A stretch of DNA of 63,555 bases, filler included, from Reclinomonas americana ATCC 50394 (lineage: Eukaryota), in the NCBI GenBank assembly GCA_048213135.1. It is 6 parts of 5 records of this genome, joined end to end, with 100 filler letters (N's around TTAATTAATTAA, not from the genome) between each part and the next. Parts side by side here need not be neighbours in the genome. Positions count along the whole stretch, not along the records: positions 26,526 to 40,927 come from PS015592.1; 5 more parts are not named here. The stretch is one strand, 5' to 3'. Below are positions 27,211 through 40,756 of the stretch, one piece after another. Positions within the stretch are counted from its first letter, which is position 1. The number at the start of each line of letters is the position of its first letter. The translations under genes and the position numbers were made by a program. The notes beneath the pieces are model-generated. The model was not told the origin of the DNA, ran no database searches, and worked only from the letters and a program-made list of their open reading frames with translations.

Positions 27211-28080
27211 TCATGTCCACGAGTGCTGCGACGTGACGTGGTGCAGTGAGCGCGCGTGGAAGAACTTGGATCGCTTCCTCGCAGGCTCCTGGTCTGCACT
27301 GCCGCTGCCGGCGCGCTTGGTACCGGCGGCGGCCAGGCCGAGGAAATCGCGCAAACACGCTCGCGCCTTGCGCATCTGCTCCACAGCCTCCGCCTCACCC
27401 TCCTCATCGCTCATGTCCGACTCCGCATCGCCCTCCCAGCTGATCTTGGGAATGCCGGCGGCCTCCAGCGCATCCTTGGACGACGCCCAGCTGTGGCGCA
27501 CCACGGACGGGAAGCCGAACACGGTGTCGACATGCGACGTCAGCCACGTCTTTGTCACTCGATCTGTGTGCGCCGCACCGCATCAGCAGAGCACAACAAT
27601 ACGGGCGCCTACGGGAGCGCCACCAACCTCCCGGGTAACCCGAACCCATTGGCAAGTCGACCTTGATGTGTGTCTCCGGAAATTCCCACCCACGCAGCAC
27701 ACGATCACGCACGACCTTGGCGGCAATGGAGGCCGCCGAGACGACGGGAAAGAGCGAGTCGGCCTTTTTGGAGACGGTGAACTTGATGTTGGGGTGGTCA
27801 ATGAACTCGGCCTCGAACTTTTCGCGGTACTTGTCGGGCGGACCCACCGTGTCGACATAGACGTGCGTCACTGGCGCACCGGCCGCCAGTGCCCGTCGCA
27901 GCAGCTCGTACGCGGCGTGATGCGAAATGTCGTTCAGTGACTCCTTGCGTCGCCGCAGCATGCGGGCCGACAACTCGCTGGCCTGCAGCACACGCACGTA
28001 GAATCGCACGCCGAGGTCGTACATTTGTCGCATTTGGCGCAGGAGGCGCTCACGGGTGCGCTCGTCGAGCTTTTTGGAGT
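27211..28080 (-). CDS. RNASEH2A: Ribonuclease H2 subunit A, 5'-partial (copy 2, probable alternate haplotype)
   Basis: Same exon peptides as 25068-25940; differences are silent or intronic. Confidence 0.9.
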
Positions 28081-28731
28081 CTGCAAAAAAAGGGGAAGGG
28101 GCGAAGGGGGGAAGGAAAGGGACAGAAGAGAGGAATGGAGAAGAAAGAGAGAGGGTGAGTAGCAGGGCAAGTGAAGAGGGAGAGAGGGGAGGAGCGGAAG
28201 GACGAGAACGAGAAGAAGATGGAGAAGACGGAGGAGGGAAGAAGGAAAACAACGAAGAACGACGGGAAGGAGGGAGAGAACATGAAACTGAGGGACAAGA
28301 AGAACAAGAACGAGAAGAACGACGAGAATGTAGTACATGCAAGGGAAGGAGAACGACAGGACGATGGAGAAGGATGTGAGGGAGAGAGTCAATGAGCAGC
28401 GCATGAAGCAGAACAGCTCTCTCACCCTCCTACTTCTCATTCTCCCTGAACTCTGCCTGCAACTTTCTTTCCCTTCCATCTGCTCTCTCGCCCTTCTGTT
28501 TCTCTCTCTCTCTCTCTCTCTCTCACTCTCTCTCCCATCTCTCTCCCTCACACACACACACCATCAACNNNNNNNNNNNNNNNNNNNNNNNNNNNNNNNN
28601 NNNNNNNNNNNNNNNNNNNNNNNNNNNNNNNNNNNNNNNNNNNNNNNNNNNNNNNNNNNNNNNNNNNNNNNNNNNNNNNNNNNNNNNNNNNNNNNNNNNN
28701 NNNNNNNNNNNNNNNNNNNNNNNNNNNNNNN

Positions 28732-28763
<32 letters not shown>

Positions 28764-29391
28764 AGGGAGAGAGAGAGAGTTTGACAGAGAGATGGATGTG
28801 ACTCGAATGCGTTAAGTATTGATTGTCTTGTCTCTTTCTCTCTCTCACACGCACACTCTCTCTGCTGTTGCGTGTGGTTGTACACACACACACACGCACT
28901 CATTCGCTTCTTTTCGTACTCTCATACAGAGTCTCTTCTCTCCTCCCCTCTATCTCTCTCACTGTTTCTCTGTCTCGCGTCTGTTGCTCATAATCCACTC
29001 CTCGCTCATGTTCTCTGTCTCTCATTGTGTCTCCTTCGTCTCTTGTTCTTCTGTCTTTCTCTCACTCTCACTATTCTCTGACCTCTGTCTCCGCATCTCT
29101 CTTTCTTTCTCTCTCACTTGATCTCAATCTTCTGCTGTGTCTGCTGCTCTTTCGTTTCCACATGGACACTCACCTGCGCTCCTTCTCTCTTTGACTCTCT
29201 CTCACTCTCTTCCCTTCCCTCTCTCTCTCATTCTCTCTCCTCTCTCTCTCTCTTTTTCTCTCTCGCTTGCTTTCTTTCTTCTGCTTGTCTGTTGCTCTTT
29301 CGTTTGCACATGCACACTCACCTGCGCTCCTTCTCTCTTTGACTCTCTCTCACTCTCTTCCCTTCCCTCTCCCTCTTCCCCCCTCCCACAG

Positions 29392-31363
29392 GCCGCACCG
29401 AGTACCAGCTGACGGCGGTCGCCCAGCAACTGCTGCTCAACCTGGGTCCTGAGTTGTACCAGGCGCGCTGCTCCGACTTGAAGACGTCGGCGGCGCAGGT
29501 GGAGCGCACCAAGTTTTTGAAGACAGTTACACACACTGTCTTCTCAATTGTTCATTCATTCACCTCGACGCAGTCGCCCATTGGTTAGTGAATGTTCGCA
29601 GGTGGAGGAGGGCATGGGTCTGTCGGCCATGGATGGCGAGTTGCACAGTTTGCGCTTGGCGGATCTGCGGCTGGGTGCACAGAGTGCGGTGGTGCTGTCG
29701 CGCATGTTGCAGCACGCACTTGTGCGCCACCTCGACGTTTCAAACAATGTGTTGGGCGATTATGGTGCGTTGTGTGGCGCTGTTGTACTCTCCATGTCGT
29801 TTCCCGCGATCTCACACTCTTGCATGGAAAAACAAAAGGCATCATTGCCTGCCTGGCGGTGCTGAAGACTGCACCGCGACTGACATCGCTCAACCTGTCA
29901 TGTAACATGTGTGGGCGGAGTGGAATTGCGGCGATTGCACGTGAGGTGGCGGCGTCGACCAAGGTACGCACGCCTGGATGTGCATTGTCTGTACACAGTC
30001 AGTCGATGACGGAGCATGTACGCAGCTGCGAGTATTGTCACTTGGTTGCGCCGGCGGTCAGCAGGGCGCCAACGACTTGTCAGATCGGAGCGGTGTGGAG
30101 ATTTTGGAGTCGCTGCTGAGCAATCGTTCGCTGACGGCCGTTGGTGGGTGTGGGGAAGAGGGACAGAGAAGAGGCAGGGGGAAAAAGATAAGGGTGAAGC
30201 AAATAGAGACGTCGAAATGAGCAGAAGACTTACAGTGGCAGAGCCAAGGTGAATGCAGAGAGCGAAGAGGGTACGGTGGACTGAGAGCGTTGAAAAGAGA
30301 AGAGGAAAAGTAGACTAGGCGACTGTGGGATCGGTACTGAGTAGTGTAGTCACCACATTTGCAGCAATAGTGAGAACGGGAGAGGAACCAGGAAGGAGAA
30401 GAGAGAAAGGAATGGCAACTGTTGCTAAAAATCATGCTTGTCTCATCACAGATTTCTCATGCACACAACTGGGGGTTGTGCGTGGTATGGGCGGCTCCAA
30501 CGCCTCTTCAGGTCTTGTTGACTTGCAGGCGGAGCGTACAATGGTCGGTGCTGGTTGTGGAGTCTGCATCTCTCGTTTCTCAGTGCTCATGTTTACTTCT
30601 TCCCGCCAGCGACTCTCCAAACCGATTCGCCAGACACGCGTGGTGGAGTCGAGTTCTGTGTCTCGTCTAGATGCATTGTTGAGCACTGTGCCGCTGGATG
30701 CGTCGCTGGGCTCCTCCATGTCCAAAACGACACGTGGTGCTGTCACGCCTGCTCATGTGCGTGAATGGAGAAGGGAGGAGGGGGGAAGGGGTGAAGGGGT
30801 GAATGGAGATAAGGGGAAGTGGAAAGGGAGAGTAGGTGGATAAAAGGAGAAAGAAGACAAGAAGGAAGCGCGGGAGCAGCAGCAGCAGCAAGAGCAGCAG
30901 CAATAACGAGGGCAGCAGCAGTAGCGAGGGCAGCAGCAGCCAGAAGAGCAGCAGCAATGTAGCAGCAAGAGCAGCAGCATCAGTAGCAGCAGCAGCAAAG
31001 AAGCGGCATGAGTAGTAGTACCGACAAGAGCAGATCCAGCATGAGCAGCAGCAAGAGCAGCGAGATAAACAGCAAAGTAGCGAGATCAGCAGCAGCAGTA
31101 GCAAGAGCAGCACCAGCAAGAGCAGCACCAGCAAGAGCAGCAGCAGCAGCTGCTGCTGCGGCAGCGAGATCAGCAGCAGTACCAGCAAGAGCCGCAGCTG
31201 GGCATGAGGCGAAGTCAGTGGATGGGCGAACAAGGGGAAGCTATAGAACACATGCCTACGAGGCGATCCCGGCACTGATTGGAAGACTGTTGTGCATGTT
31301 AGTGAGTGCCATCTGTTGAAGATAAGGTTTCTGTTGACCGTGTACGTCTTAGTCACTCTCTCC

Positions 31364-31409
<46 letters not shown>

Positions 31410-34400
31410 TAACACTGGTAACGCAGAGTGGCGGCTGGGCGGAGGACCTCGGTCGGTTACTGGTGCAAGTGCTGGAGGAGACTCCGTTGGTGTCACTGCG
31501 CGTTGGCGAGAACGAGTGGAATGAGGAAGTGATGCACTTTCTCGTTCACGGGCTGGAGTTGAGCCACTCTCTCCAGCATATCGATTTTCACGGAAATTTT
31601 GTGGGACCACAGGTGAGCGATTGTCACCATTCTGTGTTCACTGTGCACTCCCTGTTTCCTACACACTCACCGCACAAACCATGCAGACCGCCGCGGTGCT
31701 GGCCGAGCTCATTGCTTCCGACATGGGCTGGCACACGTTGCTGGCCAGTGACACCTCCATGGGCGATGGATCGATTGCAGTGGTGCAGGCTCTGGCTGTG
31801 AGTCGCGCTATCCCCTCCATTCCACCTCCACCGTTCGCTCACTGTGGCGTGCACAGCACAATCACTGCCTGGTGTGCATTGATTTGAGCTCGGTGGGGCT
31901 CACCGACGAAGGCTGCGAGTTCCTCGGTGCCAGTCTCGAATCCAACTGCTCGCTCACCGACGTCAACGTCTCCGGCAACCTGTTCACCGAGGCTGGCGCG
32001 CGCCATCTCGCCGCCGCAATTCGCGTCAATCCGGTGCTGGTGCATCTCTCACTGGCCGGCAACCGCATTCGCGACGATGGCGCCACGGCGATTGCCGAGG
32101 CCCTGGCAGTCGACGGGTGCGTTTTTTCTTTGGTGTCTGCGAATGACGCATTGCGCTGTCGCTCACTGGCTCATCCATCTACAGAGTTGTGCTGAAGAAG
32201 CTTGATTTGAGTTCGTGCTGGATCGGAGTTGAAGGAGGACTCGCCCTCGGGCAGGCGCTGCAACAGAATCGCTCACTGACGACAGTGGCGATGGCCGACA
32301 ACTTTTTGACTGAAGGTTATGCCGTGGAGAGTTGCTGGGGTGTGCATGTGGCATGATCACTCACGATGGGTGATGATGATGGGCAGCTTCCGGGCGCCAG
32401 TTTGTCGACCTCGTCTCTGTGAACAAGGACCTCTCGCATGTCGATGTGCGCGGCAACCAAGTGGATCACGCCACGGTGGTGCGACTGACCAAGCACTGCC
32501 TGGGCAACAAGCAACGAAAGGCGGTGAGTATAAGGGAAGGGTGACTGGGGCAGGAAAGGGAGGGAGAGAGGGAGAAAGAGAGGGAAGAAAAGGAGAGGGA
32601 GAGCAAATCAAAACACTGGCTGAGTAAGGAGAGGAGAGTGTGAGAATGAGAAGTGGTAGATATTTAGTGTGTGATTGGTTGGACAAGACTGGGTTACGCT
32701 TGCGACACGTGGGCCAGAGTTGAACCGTTGACCCCAGGAGCTTGGAAGGTCTGATCGGCAGCTGTTTTGGAGAAGTGAGACGTGACAGCAGGAGAGAGAG
32801 TTGCAAGTCCGAGCTCGTACTGTTATTCGTTGGCACGAAACGAGTGAGAAGTGACGCCTGGCCGGTGTAGCATGTGAAAGAGTTGGGCGCCGTAGGGGTC
32901 TTAATGCAAAAGGAGGAGGATGAGAAGTGAGAACAGGCCAATGCAAGCAAAAGGTAGTTAGTCGCATTGGGCACGAAGCGATTGAGGAGCGAGACCTGGC
33001 AGTTGCTACTTGTGGCTGTATAGTTGGTGTGAATGAGCATGTTAGATCTCATACTCATCGTTCTTTGGCACGAAATGAGTGAGAAGGGAGGGCTGCAGAA
33101 ATAGCATAGTGCATCATTGTGTGTGCAAGTTAGGCGCGCAATTTGGGTCACCAATTTGTCTTTCTCACTTGAGTCCGTTGCGTGCCTTCCAACGCTCATT
33201 ATCTGTCCTTCGATGCAACGCACAGAGACGAGAGCCGGAGGTACTACGGAGAGAGATCACGCGACTGGAGTTCGAAGCGTCCAAGCTGCCGCAAGTACGC
33301 CAGGAATTGGCGGCCAAGCGCAAGCTACGCAACGCGCTGGTGAACGAGATTCGCACGATTGCGGCGCAATTGGACGGCATTGAGATGGAGCGCTCCAACC
33401 GGGACGATTCGTTTGCTGGCCGCATTGCGTTGGAGGAGTCGAGCATTGTGAATCTGAAGGAGAGGGTGGCAGAGGCGCAGTCGGAGTATCTGCAGATGCA
33501 AAAGGAACTGGCCGGTCGGAAGGAGCAGATGACGAAGGATCTGGCGAAATTGCGAGCGGCCACTGAGGTGAGTGGGAAAGAGAGAGGGGGGAAGGGGGAA
33601 TGGGGGAGGGGGGAAGGGGGAGAGAAGGGAGAAGGGGGAAAGGTGAAACTGCAGCAAAGATAGCGGTTGTTTGTTTGTTCGAGGGGAGAGATAGCGAGAC
33701 AGGGAGAGATATATAAGGAGAGAGAAGGTGAGTGAGACAGAGGTTGAGAGGGCGAGAGCAAGAATGAGAGAGCGCGAGAGAACAGGTAAGACGATGGTGC
33801 GGGAACATCTCCACGTCGAAAGGAAGATATTGTGCCACAGCAGTGGCTGTTTGTTTGCTGGAGTCCAGAGATGAAGTGACAGAAATGACGAAGGAAACAG
33901 TGAAATTGATTAGGACGGGGAGAGAGAGAGACAAGGAGAGAGTCCAGAGATAAAGTGACAGAAATGACGAAGGAAACAGTGAAATCGATTGAGACGGGGA
34001 GAGAGAGAGAGGGTAGAAAGGATGATTTTAGAGCAACGACAGTTGTTGTCTGTTAGTTTTCAAGACAAACAGACAGACATGCATACAGACAGGCAGCCAG
34101 ACAGAGAGAGAGAGAGAGAGAGATACACAGAGAGCGAGAGAAATACAGAAACAGACAAACAAACAAAGAAAGAAAGAACAGAGAGCAGAGAGCGACCGAG
34201 TGAGAGAAATGAAGAGTGTAGAATGCTGAGAGTGTGTGAATAAGAGATAGAGAAAGTCAGACAGTGAGAAAATGAAGAGTGAGGAGACTGAGCGAGGTGT
34301 GTGTATACGAGATAGAGAAAAAGAGAGAGGGAGGCGCACCTGTAAAAGAGAAAAAGATAATGGGAGAATAGGATTGTGGAGTGGAAGAGGGTGAGATCCT

Positions 34401-35169
34401 GTTTGTTGTGCACGTTGACACAGTGAGTGCATCAGTGTTTGTTTGGGGCACACCGCACTGCCTTCCTTCCTGTCCTGACGAAAAACCACGCACAGGCCAC
34501 CGCCGCCGCCGCAAAAGAAAAGGAGAAAGAATTGGCACGGCTGCAGGGCGGCGCACCGGAAATGATTCGTGAGCTGGAGGCCGAGATTACCGCCACCGAG
34601 CAGGCCATTCAGCAGGGCCAGGAGCGTATTGCCAACTTGAAGAAGGATTCCGCTGCCGTGCGTCAGTACGCGCAACTGGCCGCCGAGCAGCAGCAGGTGC
34701 GACGTGGAGCCCCTCTCTCTCTCTCTCAGTCTCTATCACGCGTGTCTCACTCTTTCACCCCCCACAGACAACGCTGCAGACGGAGGGTGAGCGCAGTGTG
34801 ACCACTGCCGGGCAGCGCGGTAGCAATTCGGGCAGGAAATCACCGGCACCCGCAGCAGCAGGCAAGGCCGGCAAGAAAGCATCCACTGCCATTGCGCCGG
34901 CGGGCGCACGACCGTCGTCGGCCGCAAGCTCTGCACGTCCAGGCACACCTTCCTCGGTGGCCGGTTCTTCCACGACGACCACCACCACGACCAGCGTGAC
35001 CACGCCTGCAGGAGCGGCGTCGTCGGTGGGCGGTGCCAGTGCCGCCGGTTCAGGGCACTCACGACGGTCGTCTCTCACGGGTGTGTCGGAGATCGACGAC
35101 AAGGCGCGTGTGTCACGACCGGGTGTGGCCGGCGCTCCGGTCGGCACCGCGCTGCGGAAGAAAAAGTAA
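29392..35169 (+). CDS. RNI-type leucine-rich-repeat protein with C-terminal coiled coil and Ser/Ala-rich tail, 5'-partial
   Basis: LRR units HLDVSNNVLGDYG, LTSLNLSCNMCG, LTDVNVSGNLFTEAGA, LVHLSLAGNRIRDDGA. Coiled-coil exons at 33226-33567 and 34496-34696. Stop TAA at 35167-35169. Confidence 0.85.
30870..31200 (+). repeat. Degenerate (CAG)n/AGCAAGAGC repeat, apparently intronic
   Basis: Interrupted CAG array between LRR exons with no evident coherent splice boundaries. Confidence 0.7.
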
Positions 35170-35271
35170 CTCGTGCACATAGGTTTTTACGTTATTTTTC
35201 CCGGTTGACTTCATGTAAGAAGAGAAGGGCATGGTGATTTAATGAGCCGCAGGGCGGGCGGGCGGGCGCGA

Positions 35272-35768
35272 TTATTGTGAGATGATGCTCGCCAGCGACG
35301 GGAACGGCGTCTTTTTGCTAATCACCAGCACCTGGTAGTCGCGCGAGATGTAGCCGCTGATGTACTTTTGGAAGATGAGATTGGCCAGCACGCATTCAAT
35401 CTGCATGTACACACGTGTAAGAACAAGGCGTTGGTGACGCACGTCATTTTCACACACACACGCACCTCATCCGAGTCCATCTCTACACCGGCAAAGGCCA
35501 GCGCTCGCGCAAACATCGCGAGGGGGATCTTGGCGTCACTGACAGCGTTTGCACTGCGCGGCAATGTGTAAGAAGATTGATAAAGGATGACGCACTGTCT
35601 CCCGCACGGCATGCACGCACACTATGCGGAACAGATTGCGGTACACAATGACACGTGCGCGCTCCAGAATCAAGTAGAGGCCGTGTCGGATGAAAAACTC
35701 CTGGTGTTCCTCCATGGCAGTCTCGAAGGCTTGCAGGTTGCCACTGCGCACGGCCGCCACCAGTTCCT
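35272..35768 (-). CDS. PCID2: PCI-domain protein 2 (PCID2/THP1), 3' exons
   Basis: ELVAAVRSGNL...FFIRHGLYLILER...YRNLFR...DEIECVLANLIFQKYISGYIS...LVISKKTPFP*. Confidence 0.92.
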
Positions 35769-36352
35769 GCGGAGAGAGAAGAAGGAGGGAGATGGGTGGG
35801 TAAAAAGGGGAAGAGAGGGGGAAGACGATGGGGAAGTGATGAAAAAAGCAACGGGGGAAGCGATGGGGGAGAAAAGGGAGAAGAGTGCGGGGAAGAGTGG
35901 GGGAAAGACGTGGGAAGACATGGGGGAAGACGATGGGGGAAGAGATGGGGGAAGAGATGGGGGAAGCGATNNNNNNNNNNNNNNNNNNNNNNNNNNNNNN
36001 NNNNNNNNNNNNNNNNNNNNNNNNNNNNNNNNNNNNNNNNNNNNNNNNNNNNNNNNNNNNNNNNNNNNNNNNNNNNNNNNNNNNNNNNNNNNNNNNNNNN
36101 NNNNNNNNNNNNNNNNNNNNNNNNNNNNNNNNNNNNNNNNNNNNNNNNNNNNNNNNNNNNNNNNNNNNNNNNNNNNNNNNNNNNGTGCTCAGTGCCGGTG
36201 CTCCTCCCTTCTTGTTTCGCTCTTTGTTGTTCAGTCTGTGCCAGTCTCTTGGCCCAATGCTCTCTCTCTCTCTCCCTCTGACTCTCTCCCTCTCACTCTC
36301 CTTCTCCCTGTCTCTCTTCTTCGCCTCCCCCCCCCTTCCCTCTTTACTCACA

Positions 36353-37174
36353 GAACCTTCGACTCATTCCTGGACGCATACTCGGGCTCTCTTCCCGAGT
36401 GGATCACCTCCCCACTGCACGCCCTCACCGTCAACGTGCGCATCGCCGTCACAATGGTCAGTCATTCTTCTCGCAACGCAGCCTGCATGCCCCTGACGTG
36501 CTCACTCCCTTCCACCGCAGACATCGTCGGCCGCCACCGTCGACGACGCCATCCGTCGCCTCCAAAAAGTGGTGCGCACCATTCGCGACATGCTGCCGGT
36601 GGCCACCCTCACCGTCAACAATCAGCTCTTCCAAATCTACTTTGCGGTTCGCTCCTCCACAGCCGAGATGTGTGACGGGGAGCAGTTGATTCACGCCGGG
36701 TTTTGTGCACAGAACAACAAGCTCGACCAGTGCAAACACATTGTCAACGCCTTCGAGCGACAGGGTGCGGCATCGGCCGGCTTGTCTGCTCTCGATGGGT
36801 ACCCCGTGAGCTTGGTGGTGACACACTGCTACTTTCGCGGACGGTACGCGCTCATCAATGCCGAACTCAAGGCCGCCGAGCAGCACTTGAGCACGGCGTT
36901 TGCGCGCTGCCATCAGGAGTATGTGGCCAACAAGAGGTGGGTGTAGAGGAGTGTCGTGTTCTACACCTTCCTGTGTGTGACTTTCTTCCGGGGTCTGGTG
37001 CGTCTCGCTTCTCTCGTGGGGGTCGCCTTTCTTTGGCTTTGATCGCTGTTGATCTCATTCGCCCATCGCCCTTTGCACAGAACGATTTTGATGTACCTGG
37101 TGTGCGCTCGGCTGCTGTTTGGCAAGTTCCCCAGGCGTGAGCTACTGGAAAAGTACCAGCTGCCTGAGTTCATC
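36353..37174 (+). CDS. PCID2: PCID2 middle exons on an apparently inverted contig
   Basis: NQLFQIYFA, NNKLDQCKHIV, VTHCYFRGR, AEQHLSTAFARC, NKRTILMYLV, LLFGKFP..LLEKYQL; continues in frame into the minus-strand exon ELVAAV. Confidence 0.9.
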
Positions 37175-37767
37175 GTTGCGTCACGCCCGTCCGTGGGCTG
37201 TCAAGGTTCTTCTTGTTCAGATCAACCATCTCCATCGTTACAATCCTGTGTGCTTTAATCGTCACCAGCTTTGTCTTGCCGTGGTCTCTGTTCTCCCCCC
37301 TCCGTCTTCCCCAACTCTTCCCTCTTCGCTTCCCCCCTTCGCTTCCCCCATTCTCTTGCCCCCATCTCTTGCCCCCATCTCTTGCCCCATCTTTTCCCCC
37401 ATCTCTTCTCCCCATCTCTTCTCCCCATCTCTTCTCCCATCTCTTCTCCCATCGCTTCCCGCCATCGCTTCCCCACATCGCTTCCCGCCATCGCNNNNNN
37501 NNNNNNNNNNNNNNNNNNNNNNNNNNNNNNNNNNNNNNNNNNNNNNNNNNNNNNNNNNNNNNNNNNNNNNNNNNNNNNNNNNNNNNNNNNNNNNNNNNNN
37601 NNNNNNNNNNNNNNNNNNNNNNNNNNNNNNNNNNNNNNNNNNNNNNNNNNNNNNNNNNNNNNNNNNNNNNNNNNNNNNNNNNNNNNNNNNNNNNNNNNNN
37701 NNNNNNNNNNNNNNNNNNNNNNNNNNNNNNNNNNNNNNNNNNNNNNNNNNNNNNNNNNNNNNNNNNN

Positions 37768-37805
37768 TTGACAAACTTGTCAATCACTGCGGCAGGAGAA
37801 GCCAT
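37768..37805 (-). CDS. PCID2: Probable PCID2 first codons (MASPAAVIDKFV) running into a gap
   Basis: ATG at 37805 in the position and orientation expected for the start of the minus-strand gene. Confidence 0.45.
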
Positions 37806-37869
37806 GTAAAAGGGGACTAAAAGGGATGAAAAGTGGGACATCAGAGGGAGGACACAAATGAGAGGCCTT

Positions 37870-38967
37870 TCTTTTCTCATCGTTCTTTGTACGTGCACTG
37901 GACACAGAGAAGGCTTGCTGCGTTGTGCGCAGGGATCTACTCTTGCAACTGCCTCTCTGCTTTTCTCGATCCGTGCGCGCATACAGAAGACGGAGAACGT
38001 CGACAAATTGTATTCCGGCCCTTCTCCGCGTCTTCCCGTGTACGTGCACAAAGCACATAGAAGACGTGCTTCAATGTGCGCACGGTCCTTCTCTTGCAAC
38101 TACCTCTCTCCTTTTCTCGATCCGTGCGCGCGCGCAAAGCACAGACGGCAAACGTCGACAAATTGTATTCCACGGCCCTTCTCTGCGTCTTCCCGTGTAC
38201 GTACACAGAGCACATAGAAGACGTGCTGCAATGTGCGCACGGTCCTTCTCTTGCATTGTATCTCTTTGCCTTTCTCCATCTGTGCACGCGAGAATACAGA
38301 AGTCGACAAACGTCGACAAATTGGATTCCACGGCCCTTCTCTGCCTTCTTCCTCCCGTGTACGTACACAGAGCACATAGAAGACGTGATGCATTGTGTGC
38401 AGGGTTCTTCTCTTGCAACTGCATCTCTCCGTTTCTCGACCCGTGCAAGTGTACAAAACTGGAGAACACACTAGTGCACTGGTTTCCACTGCCCCCTGTT
38501 CTGCGTCTTTCTCATGCTTTTCCGTGTATAAAGCACAGAACCGACCTGCTGCATTCTGCACACGGGCTTCTCTTGCAGCCACTTTTTTGTCCTTCTCAAC
38601 CCGTGCAAGCGTGAGTACACATTGTTTCCGCAGCCCCTTGTCTGCATCTCCTCATCCCCTGCACGGACAACAAGCACCCGTTCTCTGCGCAAGCTCCTTC
38701 AGATGTCTTGCAAGTATCTCTGCAGCCGCCTTTCGCACGACCCATGTACATACTCGCTAAGTCTTCCGAGTCATTCGGATCCCTTGACCACACACAGACG
38801 ACGAAGAACAGCCCGTATCCTGTGTATCCTTCGGTTGCAACTATCTCTCCCTCTCCCACAGATCCCTCTCTGCAACTCCCTCTCCCTCTTCCTCCCCACA
38901 GACAAACGGACACGCTATATATTCCACGGCCCCTTCTCTCTGCTCCTTCTCCTCATCCCGTGTACGT
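37870..38967. repeat. Degenerate ~150-160-bp tandem repeat (about 5-7 units) between MAD1 and PCID2
   Basis: Anchor TCTTGCA recurs at about 37941, 38092, 38249, 38411 and 38571; shared block ATTCCACGGCCCTTCTCT...CCCGTGTACGT. Confidence 0.85.
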
Positions 38968-40756
38968 CCGCTTGTCAAACAAGCTGAGCGTCACACTGGC
39001 GAGGAATCCGGGGAACGAATGCAGTGTCTGCAGGAAGGCCTCGATCTGATCGCCCAGTGTGCGCGCGTACGGTGTCTCCAGCAGCGTCATGTTGCCGTCC
39101 TCCAGCTCAAAGAGCAGGCTGTCGTCGGAGGTCTCGGCGTACATCGACGTCAGCTGGAAGGTCGTGAGAGGGAGACGGAGAGGGAGTCAAGGGTGCGGAG
39201 TGACATGCACACAACGACAAAGGGGCAACAGCAGATAAAGGATATTTCTCGCTGGTCAAGTTGACCTCCCAGCCAAAGAGCAGGTAGACGGCGGTGCGGA
39301 AGTCGGTGGACTTTTGACGAAACACCTCTTTCAGGCGCGTGTTGAGCTTCTCCATCTCGGCGAGCTTCGTTTGCAGGTGCTCCGACGACAACGGGGCGGA
39401 GGCAGAAGACGATGACGACTCGGCGCCGCCTGCTGCAGCCTGCGCACGCACACAAGAAAGGAGGATGGGTTGTCAAGCATCAATGCTAAATGAGTGAATG
39501 CCAGCCACCTTGAGTTCATCCACAGTCGACAGCGCCGCCGTCAGCCGCTGCTTCAGCTCGTCAATCTCCGCCTTTAGCGACTCGTTCTCGATCGTCAACC
39601 GCTCCTGCGATGCACGCAGCGTGAGAAGGCATGCGGGCGCGAAAGAGAGGCGGCAAGTGCACCTTTTGGTTGCCCTCCAATTCGGCCTCGGCACGAAGGG
39701 CGGGATTCAGCTTAAAGTGCAACACCTTGGTGTGGCCGCGATTGAACTCGCCACGACCAACACGCGCCTCCAGCGACGCCACCTCGCTCTCCAACGCCTC
39801 GCGTGCTTTCGTCAGCGCCGCGACCTCACGCTGCGCTGCTGTAAGCTTGTCGGCCGTTGCTGCGTGTGTGCATTGCAGTCGCTGGTGGGAGAGCGAGGAG
39901 CGCACAATCGATGAGAAACGGAAGAGGACGAGACAGGGCACACCGACACATGTTACCTCGAGAGCTGTTACCGTGTCCGCATGCTCGGCTTTGAGTGCCG
40001 CCAGTTCGCTATGGAGTGCCTGACGCTCACTCTCGACACGGTCGTTGGCGGCTTTCATCTCGTCGAGTCGTCGTGTAAGCTCCGGAAGGCTCGCTGTTGC
40101 GCCACTGCCGTCGTCCACCCGCGTGACGGCCGCCTCGGCAATTGCACTCTCCTGCAGCACAGACAACTCAGATCAGACACCCCACGGAAGAGAAAAGGAT
40201 TCCTGACGGTGATGCGCACCAGTGACGCGGCAAGCTGATCGCGCTCCATGCGCAGCAGGTGCGTCTGTCGCTGCTCCATGGCCACCAAGTCTTGCAGCTT
40301 CTTCTGCTCACTTCGCACAGCGCGCACCTCGTCCTGCAGCGACGAAATCTGCACAACACCCCGCGTGTTGTGGCGTTAGTTCTCACGTGGATGTGACAAA
40401 CAAGGAGAGAAACGAGGTGCGCGTCACCGTTTCGCGATGTGTCCGGCACTCCGCCTCGAGCGAGCGCATGGCCTCCGAGGCCGCACCATGACGCTCTCGC
40501 AGCGCCAGTTCCTCCTCCTGTAGCTGACGCAGGCGGCGGCCCACATCGGTGGCCGACTGCGATGCAAATGTGGATTCCCTGGCAGTCACTTGGGGTGAGT
40601 GCGATGACTTGTTCCAAGGCAGCACTCTCCCGCTACAACGCACCATTGCTGCAGCTGTTCTCGCACAAGAGCCAGCTGCTGCTCCAGGTCGGCCACATCG
40701 CTGCCTCCTGTCAGTCGTTCCAATCGCACATGCAGACTGGCGTTCTCTTCCACGAG
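38953..40756 (-). CDS. MAD1: Spindle-assembly checkpoint protein MAD1, 5'-partial
   Basis: Long coiled coil, GRGEFN...TKVLHFKLNP (Mad2-binding region), RLKEVF motif, FRTAVYLLFGW, LTSMYAE, SFPGFLASVTLSLF. Confidence 0.92.
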
